Assembly: GCA_964016885.1 (NCBI GenBank)
Contig: OZ024742.1
Span: 20,646,001 to 20,710,000, forward strand
DNA: 64,000 bases
From: Eledone cirrhosa
Taxonomy: Eukaryota
Direction of reading: 5' to 3'
Position numbers and translations under genes: made by a program. A model generated the notes under the pieces. The model was not told the DNA's origin, searched no databases, and worked only from the letters and a program-made list of their open reading frames with translations. Within the stretch, counting starts at the first letter, position 1. Every line of letters starts with the position of its first letter. Of this stretch, positions 57,920 through 64,000 are shown in pieces.

Positions 57920-60900
57920 CAGTGTTTGTCTGTATTCTTACGTTATTGTGTTAATTAACCCCCTTGCCTGGGTCTTCGGACATTAGGGTTAATTTATTTC
58001 ACCCCTTTTGGGGTGAACATTTTCATTCTAAAAATCTTGTAATTGTCTCTACGCTAGTGGTAATGGAAGCCATTACCACAGGTAACGATGACACGCTCAC
58101 TAAACAAACTGAAGGAGAGCGGGTAGCGGAGGCAACAAGCCTCCCTACTGAAAGAAGATTATTAGAAACATTGAAAAAAATGGAGCCTAACCCTAATGAA
58201 AAAATGTGAAAAAAATTGACTCGGAAAAATTGCCAACATTAATGGATGCCGTTTTGACTTTTCACGGTGCCACGCCCACCAGCAAAGGTGAAAGAGAAGT
58301 AGTAGCTGTGATTACAAGTCTCTCAGATACTGAAAATAAAAGTGAACATTTTGAAAAAATGGAGTCTAACCCCAACTTTGAAAAAAATGGGAACGCATAC
58401 ACCAACATAAATAACACAAACACAACAAAAAATGAAAATTGTAACAACAAAAAACAAGAAAACAACCACATTTCTACAAATGTAAACAAAGAGGGGGCGA
58501 ACAAAATGACGTTCGCTCAAACTACGAAAAAAACCATTGTGTACGAATCTATTGACATTTCGAACATGGCCCAGCAAATGGAAAATGCACGGAAGTATAT
58601 AACTTTGGAAAATGCACGGAAGTATATAACTTTGGAGGACTTTGGAGGTCTATTTTCTTTAAATTCTCCCCCAGAGCTAAAAAAGGAAAATAGCTTAAAA
58701 ACTATTATTTATAGGACAATATCCAACAAAAGCCGTAAGCCAGTACAACTCACACAGACAGAGATTGAACTGGCTTTAAAAGATCATCTGAAAAACATTG
58801 TATTCATTCGGAAGGATAGACTCTACGTTATTTATAATAACAACTTAATAAAAACCGAAGGTTCGAATCTCGCCCAAGCAACGGGGCTTCCCCATCTAAA
58901 AATGATAAAAGCCCCAATGGACATTTACAAAACGTTAAAAGACACTTTTAAAGAGGACGTGCCCCCCCCACACCCCTGCGTCAGACCCATTAACCATATC
59001 CTCCTAAAAAAATCCCCCCCTCCCCAGACACCCACACAATTCCAAACACTACAATCCCACCACACACTGATGCCCCTACACTTCCACAAACCACCACCCC
59101 ACCCAACAACCCACCCCCACCCTCATGGAAATTGTGCGGCCCGGTCCCCGGGACGCAGAGAGGTAAGTGCCTTTTCTCTTTACCACCAACATGGCTGTGT
59201 TGAGAGTAGGTTGTCTAAATGCGCGTGGCCTGGGCTCACCTTGGAAGCAAGCAATGCTTCTAAATGACCTCAGGTCACGATGTATACATGTGATGGTTAT
59301 TTGCGAAGCCCGGATCAGCAGCGAGCGACAGCTGGCCCCTACCTTTGATGACTTTGAGATGCACGCATCTGTCTGTCAGCCCGTAGGTGGGGTGAGGTTG
59401 TCGTTCTGCTGCGAAAACATCTGGGTCTCGCTACACAGACGGTACACTTGGACCCGGAGGGTCGACTAGTGGTTCTGGACCTTCGCAGTGGTGAAGGCGG
59501 AGCTTTTAGGCTGGTCTCCGTCTACGGCCCTTTTGGGTCAACGCGACCGGACTTCTTCCATCGTCTGGAGACTTTTCTAGGGACGTCCCGCTCCTTGCTT
59601 TTAGTGGGGGACAGGAATGGTATCCTAGATGCACGTTGGGACTATGTATCGGCATTTCCTGATAGAAGGGGTTGTAACAGTCTCAAGGGGTTAATCGGCC
59701 GATTCGACCTGGCCGATAGATATCGACTAGATTTTCCGACTGTGCCAACCTGGACTTGGAGAAACCGCAACCGTCAATCTAGATCGTACCTAGATAGGTT
59801 CTTAGTTAGAAATAAGGATAGGGATTTTTTAAATTGCCCAGACGTAACAGAAATCGGGGAGATCGGCACCTTACTGGAGGAATCCGAAACGTTTACAGGG
59901 GCTAAGCTGAACCGGGACAAGTCAGTCGGTTTGCAACTCGGCGAGTGGAGGGGCAAACCGATGGCCTCCAACGGCGTCGTCGGACGTTGGATGGAGGGCC
60001 CGGTGAAGTTGGTCTGGTTCGAGCCAGACCTCCAGGTGGAGAAGAACTGGGGTGAGGTATCGAACAGGGTGTTTGCGCTGACGCAGAAGTGGGCTGAGGG
60101 CAAACTATCCCTGAAAGGTCGGGCGAAGGTGGCGAACACTTATATAGCGTCCGTCATCTATTACCGCCTGACCGTCGTGCCTTGCCCAAGGCAAACGCTC
60201 ACCAAATTGGAGCCAGCACTCTTCCAATTCCTTTGGAAGAAGCGGGCTCCTTTGGTGAGGAGATCCATCTGCTGTCAACACCCTTCGAAATGAGGGCTGC
60301 TGATGCGTAGACACGCATTAAGGCTACGGCACCTCCAGGTATTCCTCACTGGTCAACCGGTGTGGGCCCCGTTGGTGAGGCGAGCCTTTCCGAGACTCGT
60401 CTCGCTCACCGAGCTGCAGTCCTGGGTCAAGCAAAGACCGAGAAAACTGGGCGCCTGGCACACCGAGTGTGCCCAGGCGCTCACGGCTCTCTGGCAGGCG
60501 GACCCAGCTATCGGTGGAGACACCACCTCGTCATTCTATAGAGGGCTGGTGGTTAGTAGGTGTGACGACGCCCTCGGACAAGCCCTAGGCATGGAAGAAG
60601 ACGAACTGGCCAGCCTATTCGGGAGGAATTTGGCTCGGGACCTATTGACAACTTCCAGAGGTCCCTGGCCTGGCAGTGCTACCGAGGGGCGCTGCCCGTT
60701 CGAGAAAAGCTCTACAGACACGGGCGCCCGGGTAGGGACCCCTCGAAAAAAATTTGTCTCAGATGCGTGTGCGACGAGGAAACCGTTGCGCACTCTTTGG
60801 TACACTGCTCGGGCGTTGCCGATCTGTGGGGCTATGTCGAACGACTGCTGTCACGGGTGGAACCAATCCGGTTGACCACTGAGTCTATTGTAACGATAAA

Positions 60901-61345
60901 GCCCCCCCCTTCAAACATGAAGGAGAGGCGGTCTTCCTCTGTATAATAGCCATGGTGAAAGAGGTGGTATGATGGACACGTTTGAAAGGGCTGAGGTCGG
61001 ACACATTTCTCTCCGGCCAACAACTGGTCCTTTTCTTTAAATACCATTTTAAGAGAAGGATCAGAATGGAGAGAGAGGTGCTCTACCCCAGCAAGTTTTA
61101 TGAAAGGTGGGTGAAAGTAGCGAGAATGGCGCACCCCTCTCTGTTCTCCTAAGGAAAAGGGTTGCACTCTTTTTCAGGGGTGTGTGTAAACCCCAAAACG
61201 CCTCCTCCCTATTCAGGACTGTATTGTTAATTTTATATTTATTTGTTTTTTACTCGTTCCTTTATGTAAACTCCCCCCCTTGTATTTGTCCCCTTCTTTT
61301 GTGCGCTCGTGGCAAATAAATAGAAACTTATCTATCTATCTATCT
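57920..61345 (+). mobile_element. Internally deleted, frameshifted Tx1-family LINE
   Basis: ORF1 remnant at about 58206-59165; ORF2 starts at 59191 (MAVLRVGCLNARG); jumps from LNCPD to VTEIGEIGTLLEE at about 59842, losing the RT core; ends AATAAA...(TATC)n; left boundary approximate. Confidence 0.9.
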
Positions 61346-61432
61346 ATCTACCTATCTGTCTATATGTCTACCCCTCTTCCTGCTTATCTACCAACCAACC
61401 AACCTATCTCTCTCTCTCTATATATATGTATG

Positions 61433-61467
<35 letters not shown>

Positions 61468-61556
61468 ATATGAAACAGTTCTAGTCCTGTAGAATCTCAT
61501 CTATATTAAAACTATATATTATATATATATATCCCCTTACTACTACCTACATACCA

Positions 61557-61602
<46 letters not shown>

Positions 61603-62520
61603 TCATCATAAAACCATATATCATATCCTAACAACTGTTACAATTCCCTGAGTTTATAAAAGTTCGGACTACTCACCGAATGGTTATTATTTTCTGACTA
61701 GTGTTGTGATGCTGTTCCCTGCCATTGTCTCTGGGGTTATGAATAGCTTTTGTCCTGTGTAGCTTCAATGTTGAGTATCTATAAGTGTTCATTTCCTATG
61801 TACTGCCCAAGTCAATCAGTTTAATTCTCAAACCTCCGCATTGTTAAGAAAACTAACTTGGTTGTAAAGTGTTTAGCTTATTTATAGAAATAATTATATA
61901 GTGGAAATCGTAAAATCTTGAAACATTTATACATCTGATTATTTCAACAATAAATTTTGGGTTAGATGAGTGCAGAAATACTGGAATAAAATTAAGCCAG
62001 TTCATGAAATCGTAATTATAACTGAAACTGGCAGCAGATTATAACTGAAATAGTTTCAGATATAATCAGCTTCTAGATTCGGTCAATTGCCTGCTGTGAA
62101 TCTAACGTCGTTTGCATTCATAAAAAGACGTTAGAAATCCATTGGTTTGCTTTGCACTTCAACGAAAAGAAGATTATGATTGGTAATTATATTTTAGAGT
62201 TTAAATCATTCTTCTTTCCAAGACATCTTGATGGAATATATTCATATTAGCAAATTATTTCATATAAGTTTAATATTATTTCAGTAAATATCATTATTAG
62301 CTGGCAATTCATCTAATTGACACATACAATGATAATTATTTTGATAACATTCCGAAAATGTTAATTGTTTATATATTCTACCACTTGTGAAATGAAAATC
62401 GTATTATTCGAAAATGGACGTTTATATGTAGGTAAACATAATATAAAATCAAAGAAATCTAATGAAATATTTTGTTTATGAATAGTACGAGTATTATGCA
62501 TTATATAATTGTTTCTACTT

Positions 62521-62617
62521 TTGGCACAAGGCCAGCAATTATCCCAGTGTATTACTGGTATTTTATTATATCGACCCCGCAAGGATGAAAGACAAAGTTA
62601 ACCTCGGCGGGATTTGG
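62521..62617 (-). mobile_element. SINE fragment of the 3763 family
   Basis: GGCACAAGGCCAGCAATT...ATCGACCCCGCAAGGATGAAAGACAAAGTTAACCTCGGCGGGATTTG. Confidence 0.7.
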
Positions 62618-62751
62618 ATAATGTTGTCAGATATGTAACTAAAGTTTTGGGTGAATAAGTACACAGACTGACGATACGTGAGAAAAACCATTGCGTCATA
62701 GTGCAGTATTTCATATTAGCTTAGGTTTAGCAGTAAAAAGATACAGCTAGC

Positions 62752-62884
62752 TTAGCTGCCGAAACGGCCGGAGCTTAGCCGTCGGGGTCCTGACTCTTTT
62801 CCTATTACCCACTCTACTACCCAAAGTATCGAGTACTCTGGTGCGTTATGGTCCACCTGGTTCCTTACCACACTTCCTTCGTTA
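62752..62884 (+). mobile_element. PLE terminal fragment starting within HHR stem II and ending in (TA)n
   Basis: GAAA-CGGC-CGGAGCTTA-GCCG-TC-GGGGTC plus a tail homologous to 9648-9730. Confidence 0.65.
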
Positions 62885-63162
62885 TATATACATACACATA
62901 TATATATATTATGTATATTATATATATACATATAATATATATAATATATATATATATACAAATGGAAGTTCAGTAGAATCGATGCTCTAGCTACGGCCAA
63001 GTTAACGAATGCAATCCGGAATGTGCAGCTAAGCACTCAATAATGTAGTTTTACCTTAGAGTAATAACATACGTTTAGACAGCTTGACAAGTTGAAGACT
63101 GCGAGCGGTGAGCCAGCCGCAAGGACCAAAGCAACGAGAAAACCTACTCAGGATATATATAT

Positions 63163-63352
63163 AACAAAGGAATTGTGGTAAGGAACCAGATGGACCAAAA
63201 CGCACCAGAGTACTCAATACTTAGGGTAGTAGAGTGGGAAATAGGAAAAAGTATGACCTCGACGGCAGAGCTCAAGCCGTTCGACGGCTATTTTTGGACT
63301 GAAATAGCCGTCAAAACAACTTGAGCTCTGCCGTCGGGGTCATACTTTTTCC

Positions 63353-63355
<3 letters not shown>
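63163..63355. mobile_element. PLE terminal fold-back palindrome of the 9648 family
   Basis: Arms at about 63241-63292 and 63302-63355 around GACGGCTATTT-TTGGACTG-AAATAGCCGTC. Confidence 0.7.
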
Positions 63356-63412
<57 letters not shown>

Positions 63413-63419
63413 TACAAAT

Positions 63420-63453
<34 letters not shown>

Positions 63454-64000
63454 TACACATAAACCCAAACACACAGACCCAGTAAGAGAGAAGTCTTCGA
63501 TAGATTCAGATTCAGTTGTCTCGACCCTCAACCAAGTTCTCTTCTATAACCTCTCTCTTAGAAACTCTTTACTTACATTAATTCACTTCATCGGGTATAT
63601 TAGTATACTTGGGACTGACGGTTCTGGCTGGCTTCAAAGTGTATTGGGTAACTGCCTAATGAATGGCAAACAGTGCAGATACAGGCATTCACGAACAGTT
63701 TAAACTAGAGATTCCATCGTAGATTTCTGATCAGCACTGTGTAGTTATTCTTAACGGAAATATGGATGTTTAAACGATATTTCTGTAAGATATTTCTTAA
63801 AAGATTCTTTATTTCTTTTTACGTAGTCGATTTGAATAAGCAGTTTCTTTAATATCGATTGAATATCCAACTTAATACATTCAGCTTATTAATACATTCA
63901 GTTTTATGGAGAGCTATCTTAATAAACACATTAAGTTTTATGATTTTATCATTGCAGGCAACGTAAAGAAATTAAAAAAGAATAAAATGGTGACATTAGA

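Noticed and set aside
63570-63665. Minus-strand exon candidate bounded by TTCATTAG and GTAAGT
   Set aside because: All three frames contain stop codons

Overview
Animal genomic DNA that is very AT-rich, saturated with microsatellites and made almost entirely of repeats. The SINE families resemble those of octopus, so a cephalopod origin is an inference. No host protein-coding gene is supportable, and most ORF-track entries are translations of (TA)n or (CA)n. Recognisable content: one intact 5.8-kb Tx1/L1-clade LINE with a 19-bp target-site duplication plus three decayed relatives; two Penelope-like element (PLE) GIY-YIG endonuclease fragments; CRE-, RTE- and CR1/L2-type LINE fragments; tRNA-derived SINEs; and a non-autonomous Helitron family. 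The main signal is a dense set of type I hammerhead ribozyme (HHR) motifs. Three non-coding tandem arrays (units of 467, 521 and about 557 bp) carry one HHR per monomer, join (TA)n and include one inverted copy so that 3' ends face outward, which fits large retrozyme or PLE-pLTR satellites. One has grown to 11 kb with a 4-mer higher-order repeat. Several HHRs have a non-canonical stem II (core-proximal mismatch, long insertion, possible pseudoknot) supported by covariation between families. Many short palindromes appear to fold back at HHR stem II. All structures were read by eye and none is tested.
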